Part shown: positions 38,491 through 54,713 of the stretch, piece after piece | Position numbering within the stretch: the stretch's first letter is position 1 | Layout: each line of letters opens with the position of its first letter | Source: the human T2T-CHM13v2.0 reference genome, Homo sapiens | Direction: 5' to 3' (one strand) | Length of the DNA: 64,000 nucleotides | NCBI RefSeq assembly: GCF_009914755.1 | Contig: NC_060933.1 | The notes under the pieces: generated by a model | The model's input: the letters and a program-made list of their open reading frames with translations, nothing else | The model's database searches: none | What the model was told of the DNA's origin: nothing | Program-made: the position numbers and the translations under genes

Positions 38491-40136
38491 AAGAAACTGA
38501 TAGAGAGGTTAAGTAACCTCCCTAAGGCCACACAGCCAGGGAAGAGTGGCCTGGAAATTCAAACTGACTCCCATGTTTTTTAACTAAGTTGTTAAAAACT
38601 TAGTTAAAAGTTTCAACTGCCTGAAAGGGTCTGAGTCTTCCCAATGTCCAAGTAAAACTGGAACCCGGGGATCTAAACCTATAGGAGTCCCTGGGCTCTT
38701 CGGGAAAGGTGACAGTAAGGTTGGACTGAACACCACGTGGCATTTTAGATTAGGCTGGTGTCAACTCTGAAATCCACACCTTCCTGGTGACTGTGCATTA
38801 TTTACCTGCTTCTGGCACTGGGGGCAGCAGCCTGGCCTAGGGTTTGTAGATTACAGGTTACATACAGACCCTGGGATCCCAGAGCTATTTTTGCCTTGGG
38901 AACTTGAGCTGGGCAAAGAAGTTGTGTTTTGCCTCCCTTATAGTCCATCAGAGCTCTTGGCCTTGGGTTCTTTTGACTGCAGACATCCTACAAGGGCGCT
39001 GCTCTGTTTGATCCTGATATGAGGAGTTGATAAAATGGGTTTTACACCAGGGTTACTTTTAATGTAAACAGCGGCCTGGGATGGTCAAAGACACAGGGGA
39101 GTAGGAGCCTTGGTCTGACTCAAGAGACAGATGTTTCCTAATCACCAGCTCTGGGCCAGGCCTCTCATAGGGTGGGCGTGTGCCCGTGCAAGTATGTGCA
39201 TCTGTGTGTGTGTGTGAGATGGTCGGGTGGGAGGGTCAGATACACACAGAGTGAGAAGATTAGGATCTAAGGCCCGAGGAACCCAGTCCCAGTCCCCTAC
39301 TTCCCAACGGTGTGATCTAAACAGCGCCACTCAAAGTGTGGCTGGCTGACAGTGCCAAGCCCATGAACTGTGTGTCCCTGGTCCCTGACAAGATAAGGCG
39401 CTTGGGCCAGAATGTTAATCATGGTCCTCATCAATCACATTGTTTAGTGCTGTTGACAGTATTTAGTATAATAGCACGTCTTCCTCTATAAAGGAAGCAG
39501 CGTGCTGTCTACATTCTGGCTCAGGCGTCTTGTCCAGGACTGTGACAATCTGTGGGTTGCAACTTTGAGTAACTCTGCTCTGCAAAGCCCTTCCCAGCTG
39601 TAATGCACACTCCAATCACCAGCTTGTTCAAATGCGAATCCTGGGGTGGGGCCCAAGGCACTGAATTTCTAGCAAGCTTCCTGGTGGTGCTGATGCCACA
39701 CTTTGAATGGCAAGGATCTAGCCACTCACTGCACCTCTTTACTCAACAAATGTCAGTTTCGTTCCCTTAGTTGATGGTAGAATGTGATTAGAGCTATATG
39801 CATAGAAAACATACAATGAGGGCCAATTTGGAAAAAAAAAAAAGCACAGCAACATCATCTAGAAGACATTCTAAAACGAGAAGTGGGATCTCACTGTGCT
39901 GCCTTGGCTTTCTTTCTGCTTGTCTGCATTTTGTGATTTTCTACAGTAAACATGGATGCAATTTAAACATCTGCAGTGGGAAATTCTGGTGTGTGGAAAG
40001 AGATGATGGAGGGGGAGATGCTTTTAATTATGAACCCCTTACTACTATTTGAATTGGAAGTCAGGCACATGTATTACTTTGAAAAAAAATACAATGCAAA
40101 CTTTTTGCACATATATTCTACTTTTTATCAAAGTAG

Positions 40137-40166
40137 AATATATATATATATATATATAACCAGTAA

Positions 40167-40212
<46 letters not shown>

Positions 40213-40537
40213 TATATATATACACGCACATATATATGGGTTATATATATGGGTAAAACCCATATATATATGAGTGTGTGGGTGTATATATATATATGGG
40301 TTTATATATATATATGGGTTTATATATATGGGTTATATATATGGTAAAACCCATATATATATGAGTGTGTGGGTGTATATATATATGGGTTTATATATAT
40401 GGGTTATATATATGGGTTTTACATATATATGGGTAAAACCATATATATATGTGTGTATATATATATATGTATATATATATATGTGTGTGTATATATATAT
40501 ATGTATATATATATATGTGTGTGTGTATATATATATA

Positions 40538-40576
<39 letters not shown>

Positions 40577-40580
40577 GGTT
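40137..40580. repeat. Compound (TA)n VNTR with GGGTT/GTAAAACC inserts
   Basis: Direct inspection; higher-order ~90-bp repetition. Confidence 0.93.
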
Positions 40581-42149
40581 TTATACCAGGGTTACTTTTG
40601 GCAGGGCTGGGATTTGAACCCAATCCTCATGCACTGCTGCTTCTGCACCTTATTCCCAGAAACCCTCTGGAGCATCCGTGCCAAGGGTGCCTGAGGATGG
40701 AAACGGTAGAACCTGCAGGAAACACTGAACCCAGCACCTTGAAGGATCTAGGGGTTGGGGGCATCGGTGGAGGCTTTTGGCAAAGTGGGCATGACAGTGG
40801 GGCCTTGCAGAATGAGGAGGGCTTGGATGGGCAGAGATGTGCTGGGGGTGGTCGACTGGGCTGAGAGCAGGGACCTGTGGGGCAGGGAGGCAGGGTGGAT
40901 GGCCCAGGGGCCTGCCACAGGACAGGCTGGGGAAGAGGCCAAAGGGACTAAACCCAGAGAGCACCGGTGGTCACTGTGGGGCTGGGGTCAATGTCAGATG
41001 AAGCCATTGGGAGCCCCTGCAGGTGCTGGGCAAGGCCCGCGTGATCCGAGTCCCATGGGTTTGGACCCATAACAGTCTGATCACATTTTCTAGTCTGATG
41101 ATTTCTAACCATTTTTTTTTATAGTGATAGAAACTGTGAGGGTTTTCTTTTTCTTCTCTTGTTTTATTTCTTAAGTGAAATCTTCCGAGGGAGTCCAGTA
41201 TGCCAGACAGGTAAAGGGACCCTTCTCCCCTCTCTGTTTAGGTCAGGTGAATGGTGGCTTACAGGCCTGCCACACAGCCCCTCACCCCTCGGGGCCCTTG
41301 GATCTTCACAAGCAGCACAATCACCGTCACCCTGAGGCCCTTGAACCCTTGTTTAGCATTTGCATTTTGCCGAAGGGTGGGGACGGGAAGTACCTGAGGC
41401 CCCCAAGTCACACTCAGCAACTGACAGGAACAGGGCTCGACCCCAGCTCTGGGACTGGAGCCCAGGGTACCCTCAAACCACATCTCCCCCTCCAAAAAGA
41501 AACTGAACGCAAAATCAAACCAATCACTTCTCTGGCCATGGGCTGTCTCCACTGACAGACGGTCCTATTGAATGCGTGCCAGTGAGTGTGGGGGGACGCG
41601 GGGATGCCCCAAACTGCACGCCATGAGCATATGGGCCTCTGGTCCCACAATGGCCCATTCTAATAGCCCTTTGAGTTTGACTAGATATTGGCTTTAATCC
41701 TCAATTCATCAAGGTGGCGCAGGAAACGGTGGTCAGACCCAGGCCAATATTCACTGAGCTTCAGAGAACGTAACCTTTTGAAGGTTTCAAGGGGGTGGGG
41801 ATTGGGCGGGGAGGAGGAGTCAGCGCACTCAGATGATTCAAGTTACGCTGCAGGAGCAGGGCTGCTGGGGTTCCCCCTGAGAGTCAAGCTCAGGCTCTGG
41901 ACTGTCCCCTCTGGCTGCAGTTTCCAGCCTTTTCCAGAGCCTCCACAATGGTTGACGTTCTGCCAGGCAGAACTGGGGCTTTCGCCTTCCTTATTTTTTA
42001 TTTATTATAACAACATATAATGAGAGTCTTAGCAGAAAGTGCCATAGAGCCCATGCATGGCCTTCCCTCCAGCACTTACATGTTCTTGCGGAATGACCTT
42101 CCACCCTTACTCTTTGTCCACAGGAAGATGTATTGTCACTTAGTGATAA

Positions 42150-42496
<347 letters not shown>

Positions 42497-42793
42497 TAAC
42501 ATTTTTGTATGTTGCTATGCAGCCTTTATAACCATTATTTTAATGGTTGCATAACTGTCCATCAAATTTTTGCCTTCTATGCCATTTCACCACCCCGTCC
42601 CTGTTGAACACAAAGACTATTTACATTTGCTCACTATTGTTGAGAATATTATAATCAACACTTGGTATTTCATTGTTTTTATTTATGATTCATTTATTCC
42701 CTTACAATAAAACCCTTGGGACCTGGGTGGTTGTTTTTGTTTTTAATAAATGTAAGGTTAGTTTAGTAATTGACTTCATGTTAAAAATACCTA

Positions 42794-43240
<447 letters not shown>

Positions 43241-43758
43241 CAAGACCCTGTCTTCAAAAAAATTTTTAAAAAGAAAATCTCATAGAGTACCCAAATGGAC
43301 AAAGCACATGAATGGGCAATTCACATATATCGGCAAATAAAAGAGAAGACATCCGGCCCCATCCAAGCCACAGGGGCTATTGCTCACCAAGTAAACTAAC
43401 AAAAGTATTAAATACTGATAATGAGAGGTAGTGGTGAAATGGCTATAGACTTTTGAAAAGCAATTTGGCGAAAGTTTTAAGAGCCATTCAAAGGTTTATT
43501 AGGGAGGTAAGGAGGAAAAAACAAAAAATAAATGTGTTTATATCATTGAACACAGTGATCACAATCCTAGGAATTTTCCCTAAGAAAATATTCCTTCCAA
43601 AGGAAAACAATGTATACAATGGTATTCATTGCAAACTTATTTATAGTACCACGGGGCATGGGGGAAGGCAGTGCTAGACTTATAGGGTATTTTAATATCT
43701 TCATTCTTTTCTGAATTTTCCAAATAAGATAATGCATGCTCGTTGTTGATAATAATTC

Positions 43759-43762
<4 letters not shown>

Positions 43763-43803
<41 letters not shown>

Positions 43804-43816
43804 ACACACACACACA
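43763..43816. repeat. (CA)n microsatellite
   Basis: Direct inspection. Confidence 0.95.
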
Positions 43817-44244
43817 ATTTTAAAAATACCCCCAACCTAGCCTCTGAGGTCACTGGTTCTGGGAATCTGTCCTTGACCATCCCCAGGTGGAGTTAATCAC
43901 CCTTCATGGTGCTTCTTCTTGTTTCTTATCATATACTAGGATAAATCCATGGGTACATGGCTGTCTCTCTAATGAGACTCTGCTCCTACAGGTGGGGACC
44001 ATGTCCCTGTCTTCTCTACATTCCCAGAGCCCAGCATAGCCTGGCACACAGTGAGCACCAATAAAGATGCATTTAATCCACTGAATAGAATGTGAACCTT
44101 GTAACAGTCGTGTGATGCAGGTGTTATTATGCCCACTTTGTAGCTGAGGACACTGAGGTAAGCCAAGGGGCAAAGAGAAAAGAGACCCATGGAAACCCTT
44201 CTCTTAGAAGATTTGCAGACTTATGAAACCGCAATGATCCAGAC

Positions 44245-44385
44245 CAGAGGCTCTCGAACTTTCGAAACTCCCAGAGGGCTTGTTAAAATACAGATGGAGG
44301 GTCCAGCCCCACAGTTTCTGATTCAGAGGGCTGAGGTGGGGCTGGGAGTTTGCATCTCTCACAAGATCCCAGGTGATGCTGAATC
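44245..44385. mobile_element. MER5A-like hAT DNA transposon fragment
   Basis: CTTGTTAAAATACAGAT...TTTCTGATTCAG...TTTGCATCTCTCACAAGATCCCAGGTGATGCTGA. Confidence 0.7.
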
Positions 44386-45406
44386 CCGCTCCTTCCCCTC
44401 CCTGCTCCCCACTGCACAGTCCAGTCTGTATAAACTTCACTTGGAATGCCCATCTGCAAAGCGGGGCTTATTTGCAAAAGGACCTGCCCCCAAACTGAGA
44501 GAAGCTTGACTTTGGGCTAAAAATGTCTACATTTTAAAGACACTCTGATTGAGAGCAAACCCAACCAGTTATTTTTAAAAGACTAATGATGGAGCTGAAA
44601 AGCCATGGAATGGTTCCAACTGCACATTAAGTCCTTTCTGAGAAACCGCACAGCCCCAGATTCTTCCAGCATCACTGCTTGCCCACTAAGTAGGAGAGAA
44701 CATTCTCCATGCCATCTCCTAGGCCCTGCCCTTCCCTGTCTGGGCTATGATAGAGGAGACCTGGAAGGTTCCAGAAGGCCAGGCCACAGGGGGCTCTGTA
44801 GACCATGGCAGGACTTTGGATTTCAAAATAAAGAAGATGGGAGGTCACTGGGGAGTCCTGAAGTGACATGTCACTGTGGAAGCTATGTTGAAACCCAGTG
44901 GTAGGGGCACATGTGAGAACAAAGAGATCCATTCAGGGGTTACTGCACCAGTCCAAGTGAGAGCTGACATGGTGGCTTGGACCAGTATGATACTGGTGGA
45001 GGTGGTGAGGGATGATTAGATACTGGATATGGTCCGAGGGTAGTGCCAGTGGCATCTGAGGTTTGCCCATGGTTGGATGTGGGTGTGAAGGCAAGCCAGC
45101 AATCTTATGCAGGAGGGCCTCTGACACCTCAGGCCGAGGAAACTGGCCTTCCCCTCAAGGTCAATGGTTTTCAAACATTTTACACATAAAATAATCTGGG
45201 GACCTTGCCAGAAATGCAGGTTCCTGTTCCCTCACCCTGGGGATTCTGTCTGTTGGCGATGAGGCCCCAGAAACTGCATTTGTAACAGCAGCGTTGGGGC
45301 TTCTGCCCCAGTGAGTGATCAGGAAATGGAATGAACATGCCAACTTGGCCATCTCTTGAAGGGCTCTATCGGAGTCAGTGGAGTGAAGAAGTTAAGAGAA
45401 TGGTCT

Positions 45407-45702
<296 letters not shown>

Positions 45703-45819
45703 AGAATGGTTTTTGAGAAACCTGGTACTGGGCTGGCTCTGCTGTGGGTGATCAAGAGCCTTTGGGGACACAGAACAAGCTTTATCCTCTGAAATCCCAC
45801 TGTTCACTCTCTGCTCCTG

Positions 45820-46189
45820 GTCTTAGTCTTCTCGGGCTGCAAAATACCATAGCCTGGGTGGCTTAAACAACAGAAATTTACTTTCACAGTCCTGGAGGCT
45901 GAAAGTCTGAGATTGGGGTGCCAGCACGGTCATGTTCTGGTAAGGGCTCTCTTCCTGGTTTGCAGACGGCCGCCTTCTTGCCATGTCCTCACATGGCAGA
46001 GAGGCAGATTGGGCTCTCTGGTGTCTCTTCTTATCAGGATGCTAATCCTATTCAATAAGGGACCCACCCTTATGACCTCATTTAACCTTAATTATTCCTT
46101 AGAGGCTCCATCTCCAAATACAGCCACATGGAGGATAGTTAGGATTTCAACATATAAATTTGGTGGGAGACACAATTTGGTTCATAGCA
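45820..46189 (-). mobile_element. MaLR solo LTR (MLT1A-like)
   Basis: GTCTTAGTC...GGTGGCTTAAACAACAGAAATTTA...CTCACATGGCAGAGAG...CATAGCA. Confidence 0.85.
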
Positions 46190-46545
46190 CCCTCAAACCC
46201 TCAGTTCTGCTGAGGTGCACCTAGCTCTTGGGGACACTCTCCTACTACTACTCAAGTCTCTGAATTTACCTGAGCCATTTAGAAAAAAATATAAGCAATC
46301 CTACACTTCTTCCCTGCCCCTTCGCCAGCACTCAGAAAACCCCTCACAGCTTGGATTGGGAGTTGAAAGGATCTCTTTGGTAACATTGCCTTAAAAGTAA
46401 AAGTAATGAAAGTAAACAGTAATCATTCATATTTATTTAGCCCTCATTATGTAGAAGGCCCTGGATTGTGGGGTGCCTTCACATTATTTAATTTAATCAG
46501 ACAAAAACCTTAGGAAGCGGGTATTGACAATCCATTTTACATTCA

Positions 46546-46960
<415 letters not shown>

Positions 46961-48534
46961 CTGGGGGGGAGTTTTCAAAGATTTGACCAAGTGTTAATTA
47001 CAGTCATTTAGAACAAAACAATACCGGCCTTGCAGCGAATGAGGGATGGAGCCTCATCTATCTCTGCTGGATGTCAACAAGAAGGTGCAGTTAGATTCGC
47101 TGGTCTTTGCAAACAGGCTTTCCCTACCTGCCCTGTATGCCACAAGATAAGCTGTTGAGTATTTTTCTAAACTTCATTTGGGTTGACAGATGTTGCTAGA
47201 GAAGGCAGCCTTCGAAACATTCCAGTTGCAGCCAGCCGCACGTCTCTCACCTGAGACCGCCTCTTGGATATTAAGAGGCGGCCCCTGACAAACGATGGCC
47301 TCATTCTGTCAATAGGCTGGGTGAGGATGGCCCACCAGCTCCTTCTAGGCCAAAGCCCCCTGCTCTCCACTCCCGGGAAGGCATCGTTGCACTCAGGGCT
47401 TTATGAAAACACTGGGAGCTGCTCACCAATAATCTCATCATCTCTTCACCAGCTTAAGGATGGGAACAAGAATCCTATCTTACGTCTGCATAGCACTTTC
47501 CAGTTTACAAAGAACATCCATTTTTCTCATCTACTTCTCAGGGTAATGGTGGGAAGAGGACATGTTTACGCGTATTCTTCATTTACAGTTGAGGAACACA
47601 GGCCCAGAGAGGCTAAGTGGCTTGTCAAGGTCATCGTCTAGGTGGGCGAGGCAGCATTTACATGCGTAGCTGACTTTCAAGCCCACACTCTTTTTTCTAC
47701 ATTACGCTTTCTTAACATCTGACATTTATGTATTATTTTACAGTTTACAGAGCACATTTGAATATATGATATAATTAAATCCAAATCATTGTCGACAGCC
47801 AGGGATATTATTCCAGACTGAATATGAGATATTTTCTTCCTCTTAAAAATACCTGAGCTTCCTTGCTAGTAATTCTGTTTCCTGGGATTGGGGTGCTTAA
47901 ACAGAAACTTGCCAAGCCCTTCTCTCTCCCCAGTCTTTAAATCTCCTTCTTATTACTCACCTAGAAGAGATGTTTCTGTCTTATCGTACAATTCTAAATG
48001 TATAAGTATACAAGTTTGCTGTTTGGAATCATTGGTAGGAAATAAAGCTGAATGATCTTGACTAGAATTAGCTTAGTGCTTCCTATCTGTGTAGTGAAAT
48101 GGCCCCCAGAAGAGCTATCTGTGAAGGCTGCACAAACTCCAAGGCGGTTCATCACAGGAATCTCAGCCTTCTCTCCATTCTTAGGGCATCTTGCAGCCCA
48201 GCTCCCTGTCTGCTGCTGCACGGTTCCCCTAGACTTGACCACAATCTCTCTAGGCCTGGGGCTGGGGTCTCGAAGGACTCTACACATGGTAGATCAAACC
48301 TGGGCATCTCCCAGGGAGAAGGCATTCAGCTCCATGAATAGGGACAGGGACTCAGATGAGCTGGTCCGGGTCCCAGCTCTCCCACTTACTGCCTGTCAAG
48401 GCATTTTACTTTTCTGGGTCTCAGTATCTGCATCTGTAAAGTGGGGATAGTAATAGCTGCCCTGAGTGGCTTTTTTTTTTTTCACAAGGTACCACACAGA
48501 AAAAGCAACACAGTGCTTAAAAAATGGCAGCACA

Positions 48535-48832
<298 letters not shown>

Positions 48833-51800
48833 TAGTGGCACAAGTGCTTCCCATCATCTTCCCACTTGGAAGTCTGCTCTCTCACCTCACTGGCCTGGAG
48901 CGCTATCACAATAGTGGTTTCATTTTCTCCTACTGAAGTTGGCCAATTTCTTTTCACCCTGCTGGACTGAGTTTCATGAGGCCAGGAATCTGAGTTAAGG
49001 GGCCTGGGATCTCCATGGTCTCTACCCCTGTGCACTGTGTGGCTTTGAACTGGTCACTTTCCCTCAGAGGGCCTCACTTGCTTCCCCTCTGTAAAGTGAG
49101 GGGCTGGACGGAGTGATCTCCGAGGATTCCACAAGTATTGGAAGTGATGTAGACTTCTGAATATTTTAAGAAGTGGAATGTCCATGTTTACTGAGGACAT
49201 TCTGCCCACCAGGATTCCCACTCGGCATTACCATGTCCTACTGCCACCCTAAGAGACTGGGCTGCCAATACTCACATTGTTAGAGAAAGTGCTGAGCTCA
49301 GGGAGACCCAAGCACCTGCCCAAGGTCACACTCCACCTGCCCAAGGTCACACTACTGGAGAGTGGTAAGTGGTGGTGCTGCTCCCTACCAGTTCTCCCCC
49401 AACCCAGATGGAAATCTCAAGGAAAAAAGCCTTGCTTCTGCCACCACCCACCCCACCAGCTCAGGAACAGAAGTTGCACATGTGCAGTCATTGTATTAAG
49501 CATTACGGCAACAAGAAGTCACTATCACCTTTGTCCTTGGCCGGATGGAGAAATTAATTAAGTGTCACGACTGGACCATAAATAGAACTTGCAGAAAAAT
49601 CATTACCCCCAGAAGCCAGCAGCACCAAAATAACAAACATAATCAAAGGTGAAAGCAACTCTTCTATCATTTCATTAATCACAGGTCATACTGCTGGCCA
49701 CAGCAGAGTGGCCCAGAGGTCTCAGTCCAGTCCCATCCAACGTCACCCCTGATTCCATCATGACACGAACACAAGTTCCTGAGTCACCATCTGGGAAGAC
49801 AGGGCCACAGTTCTAGTCACTGCTTCCTGCAACTGCTTCATGCTGTTGTGGACATTTCTCGAGAGATTAATGGCTCCTATAGAACCTTTGGAGGCTCAGG
49901 ACTCATTCCTCAGCAAGTGGTCAAAATCTCTGGCTTAAAAAGGACTTCAGAGATAACACAATCTAGGCCCTTGCAGGGTAACAACAACACCCAGAATGAC
50001 AAGAGGGATTACTAAGAGTGGTCTGTATACAACACGTGCTTAATATGTGTCAGGCACTGTGGTGAGTACTTTATGGGCACCTTTTGTTTAATCCTCAGAA
50101 CAAAATCTGGATGGTAGATGCTTTTATGGCCCCTGATTGTCTGTGGTTGTTTGCCTTTGTTTAGTGATATGGCAAAGCTTTGCATTTGTCTTGGGCTCTG
50201 TGTGTTAGTTGGGTGTGGGCAGACCTAGCCATTCACTCAGAGTCCTCCAGGCTGGGGCTGGTAGTGGGGATAAAAAACCAGGGCAGATAAAGCATGATTT
50301 CTGGTCCTGTCGCTGTGGCTTTCTGTAGTTGCCCTGTGAGATTCTGAAGGGCATGGGTTGCCCTTCCTGACATTGCTAACAACAGCCATCCAGCCCCCCA
50401 ACTTGGTTGCTTCCAGTGATGGGGAGCTCACCACTGCCCCAGGAGGTCCCTTCTCACTGCCATGTGCTCTCTGCTCTCTGCCTGGGAGCTGAAATGTGCA
50501 AAACCTCCCCCGACACCCCAGTTTAACACAGAGTAAATCAACCTCTTCTTCCATCACCACAGCCTTTCTCTACGAGGATCTGAGGATTCAGAAGGCAGTA
50601 ACCATGACCACTCAGTTCTGCCAGCCCTGGCTGACTCCTCAATGTGCAGATTCACAGATGGGCAAGCCTCCTCTGATGCAGGGCAGGGAGAAGCAGGGAG
50701 AGGGTAGGATGACCCAACGTGAGATGGGGGTGTTAGAACACAAAGGAAGAAGCAAGTCATTGCCTGGAAGAGGCAGGATAGGTTACAGGGTGCCTGTGGT
50801 GCACATGGTGAGAAAATTCAGACAGAGGCAATGCACAGGTAGTGGAAAGTGAAGGTCCTGTTTCCCTCCTCTGCCTTGCGACCTCCAATTCCTGTGAGCT
50901 GGAAGTGAATGCTGTTTGCAATTTCTGGCATATACGCATAAAAATGAAATATGTGCACTGCTGTGTGCATCAATATCTGTATCCATATAATTTTGCACAC
51001 AAATAGGATCACCTTATAGCTACCGTACTGCACTTACACAATTTTAACCATGCCTTGACGCTTCTCCGTGTCAGCATATATAGATCTACCCTGTTGTTTA
51101 TAGACTGTATAGAATTCCATAGTATAGATGTACCATGAGTTTCTAAAATCCTTCCCCTACTAATGGACACTTAGGATGCTTTTCTCCTGTTTTCTTCTTT
51201 TTTTGATATTGTGAATAATGGTGCAATGAACATCTTTGTGTATATATCAGTACATACTTGAATGAGCAATCATCTCTTTCCAGTGGAACTTATGGGTCAA
51301 GTATTATTTTTACTAGTATGTTTTGATAGCTCTTGCCAAATTAACTTGGGGTTGGGATCTTCAAGGATCAGCACTGAGGAGGAAGATCTTTCTGAGGAGA
51401 GGAACTAGTAGTACAAAATCTTGGTGCTTTGAAAGGGCTTTTTCAGGGTGTTAGGGAACAGAGCTGGTGCTGTGGGCGGTCTGGCAGGTGGGCCTGGAGC
51501 GGGTGGGGGTGAGGGATGAGGGGAGGAAAGGGAGTTTGTCTACAGTCGGTCCTGATTAATGCTCCCAGCTTGTCAGTTTCTCCCCTGCTCCTGAATGCCA
51601 CCATCTGCCATCAACCAGCCCTGGGATCTTGTGTGGTTGAAAAGCCTGCCTTCCTGTCACTATCCTCTCTCTCTCTGTTCCCTTCTCAGCCAGACTGCCC
51701 TTCCCTCCTGGGGTGGCACTGCCTCCACAGCCTCCCTTCCAGCTCAAGAGAGGATGTCCACTCCCTGTCTCTCCTCCCAAAGGGCTCACGCCAAACGCCT

Positions 51801-52423
51801 GGGTACCTTCCACTCCCATGTCAGCTCTGAGCTCCTCTTGGCTCTCTCCCCACAGCATGTGACCACGTGGAAGCCTCCCTCCTGGAGACACGGTCTTCCC
51901 ACGTCTGTTTCATCTCGCTCTCCTGCTTCTTGCTCTCTCTCTCTTGCTGGCTTCTGTCTGCTTTTCCTTGCTGTGGGCCCCACAGGGCTCTCTCTCTCGC
52001 TCTCTCTTCCTGTCATTCATTCCCCAGGTTGAAATACCTTCAATGAATCCATGCCCTCCAAATCATTGTCTCCAGGCCAGCCTGCTTTTTTGCCACTGGG
52101 ATATCGCATTAGCCTGTTAAAAATGAATCTCTTGGTCTTCCCTTCCCAATTCTGTTTTTCCTTGAGTCTCGCCCATTTTAATAAATGGTCTCTCCACCCA
52201 CCTAGTTGTTCAAGCCAGAAGCCTGAGGTCATTTTTGAGACTTCTCTTACCTCCTCTCAACACCTCCACATCCCTAGGACCATAAACCTCTGCTCTCCTG
52301 CCCTCCCCCACCTGAGCAGCTGTCGTCCCTTGAAGCCCCCACAGCCTCCTCGCTGGTCTCCCTGTTTCCACTATTGCCCCTTTCAATACAGCATCCAGAA
52401 TGACCTTTTAGAAACACAAATCA

Positions 52424-52844
<421 letters not shown>

Positions 52845-54383
52845 TTAAACTCTTCAACAACAACATTTCTTGCCCTGCCCACCTTTCTTGCCCTGCTCTG
52901 AGGGATCGAGCCCCGCCTCTCCAGCTGCCGCTGTAACCCACGCCCCTGCTCCCGTCACCCTGCGGGCCTTCATTTCGCAGAACCTGCTCCCCGCATTCCC
53001 ACCTTGGGGCCGGTCCCTGGCCTCTGCTCAGAACACCCTGAGTCCCACCTGGCGAAGCTTCCATCTCAGCATTACCTTCACTGACACATCTCTTTGATCC
53101 ACCTCTTAATATAAATGAGGTCCTCTCTGTCCTCCTCATTAAAACTTATTTCACAGAACGCATCACAACGTCTAATTACATGCAATTTCTGCGTTTCCAT
53201 GTTTAATGTCTGCCTCGGCCACCGGATGTCAGCAGTGCTAGGGCTTGGGTGTTCTGTTCATCCCTGCACGTCCCCATCACCCCCAGTGCCTGGCGTGTAG
53301 GGGCGGCTCATTGAACATTAGGTGATCCACTTAGGGTAGAAAAAATCCAGGCTTGATATCAGACATGCCTAAGTTCAAATCCAGGGTTGGCCTCTTACAC
53401 ATTGCGGGGTGATCTTCGCTTACTCACTGCCCAGCTGGGAGCCTCAGTTTCTTTCTACCCTGCCCGGCTCTGGGGGGCTCAGTGATAGAAAACAGACATA
53501 AGGGGCTGGGCCTGTGTCTGGCACATGGAAGACACACTGGAAACATGGCCTTCTTTCTTGATTGTCTTTAAGTCATGAGAGGGGCCAAGCCTGGCAGAAT
53601 AAAGAGTATTCTCATGGAGGGCTGCGGCTCAGAATTCCCATTCTATCCAAAGATGGGCAAATTGGAAGACGGGCAAATTGGCCCTAACTCAGCCACCAAC
53701 AGCAACCCTCTTCCCCATCCCCCCGACTGTCCAGCAGTTAACTGGCGGGGCCTTCTAGAATCTCCAGAAGACCTCAGCCTCAGCCTTCTCAGCCTTGGGC
53801 AGGGCAGAGCAGTGCCCACTCACCAAGTGGACTGAGCCCTATCCTCAAGGTGAGACCCCTCTGAGGAGCTCTTCAAAGCTGGCCTGCCATTTGGAGCGGT
53901 GACAGGAGGCAGATCAGTGTCAAAAATAAGACAGAGCAGTGGGTTTCAACTTGACTCACATTAAGAATGTCACGTTAGAGCACAAATGAGAGAGAAGAGA
54001 AATGCTCTTTTATGCGGGAGTTTATTTTTGTCACTTTGTCAGAGAGAAACTGCAGCCTGGAGGGCACTGGAGCTGCATCGAATCACCCAAAACATTAACA
54101 TGCAAATTGCCTTCTTTACAGAAGGTAATTTTATTAGTGCACGAAAATGTTTCTTTCACTGTATTCATGCCTAGGAGCAGTGCTATCTGGGGGCCAGTTA
54201 GGGCAACCGCAAGAGAAGAATTAGGGACAGTCCTGAACTCGGTTAAGATCTATTACCTCCCCAACTTGGGACCACCACGTATCCTCGGATGCATGGAACA
54301 CAGTGCGCTGCGATGTGACAGCTGGCTACCGATGGATGCACAGGCTGGAGGGGGCAAGTGACTTGTTCAAGATCATACAGCTT

Positions 54384-54713
<330 letters not shown>

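Noticed and set aside
49760-49880. Minus-strand protein-like stretch GAINLSRNVHNSMKQLQEAVTRTVAL
   Set aside because: Weak acceptor, runs into a stop, and does not match the sequence I expect upstream of the last TTLL11 exon
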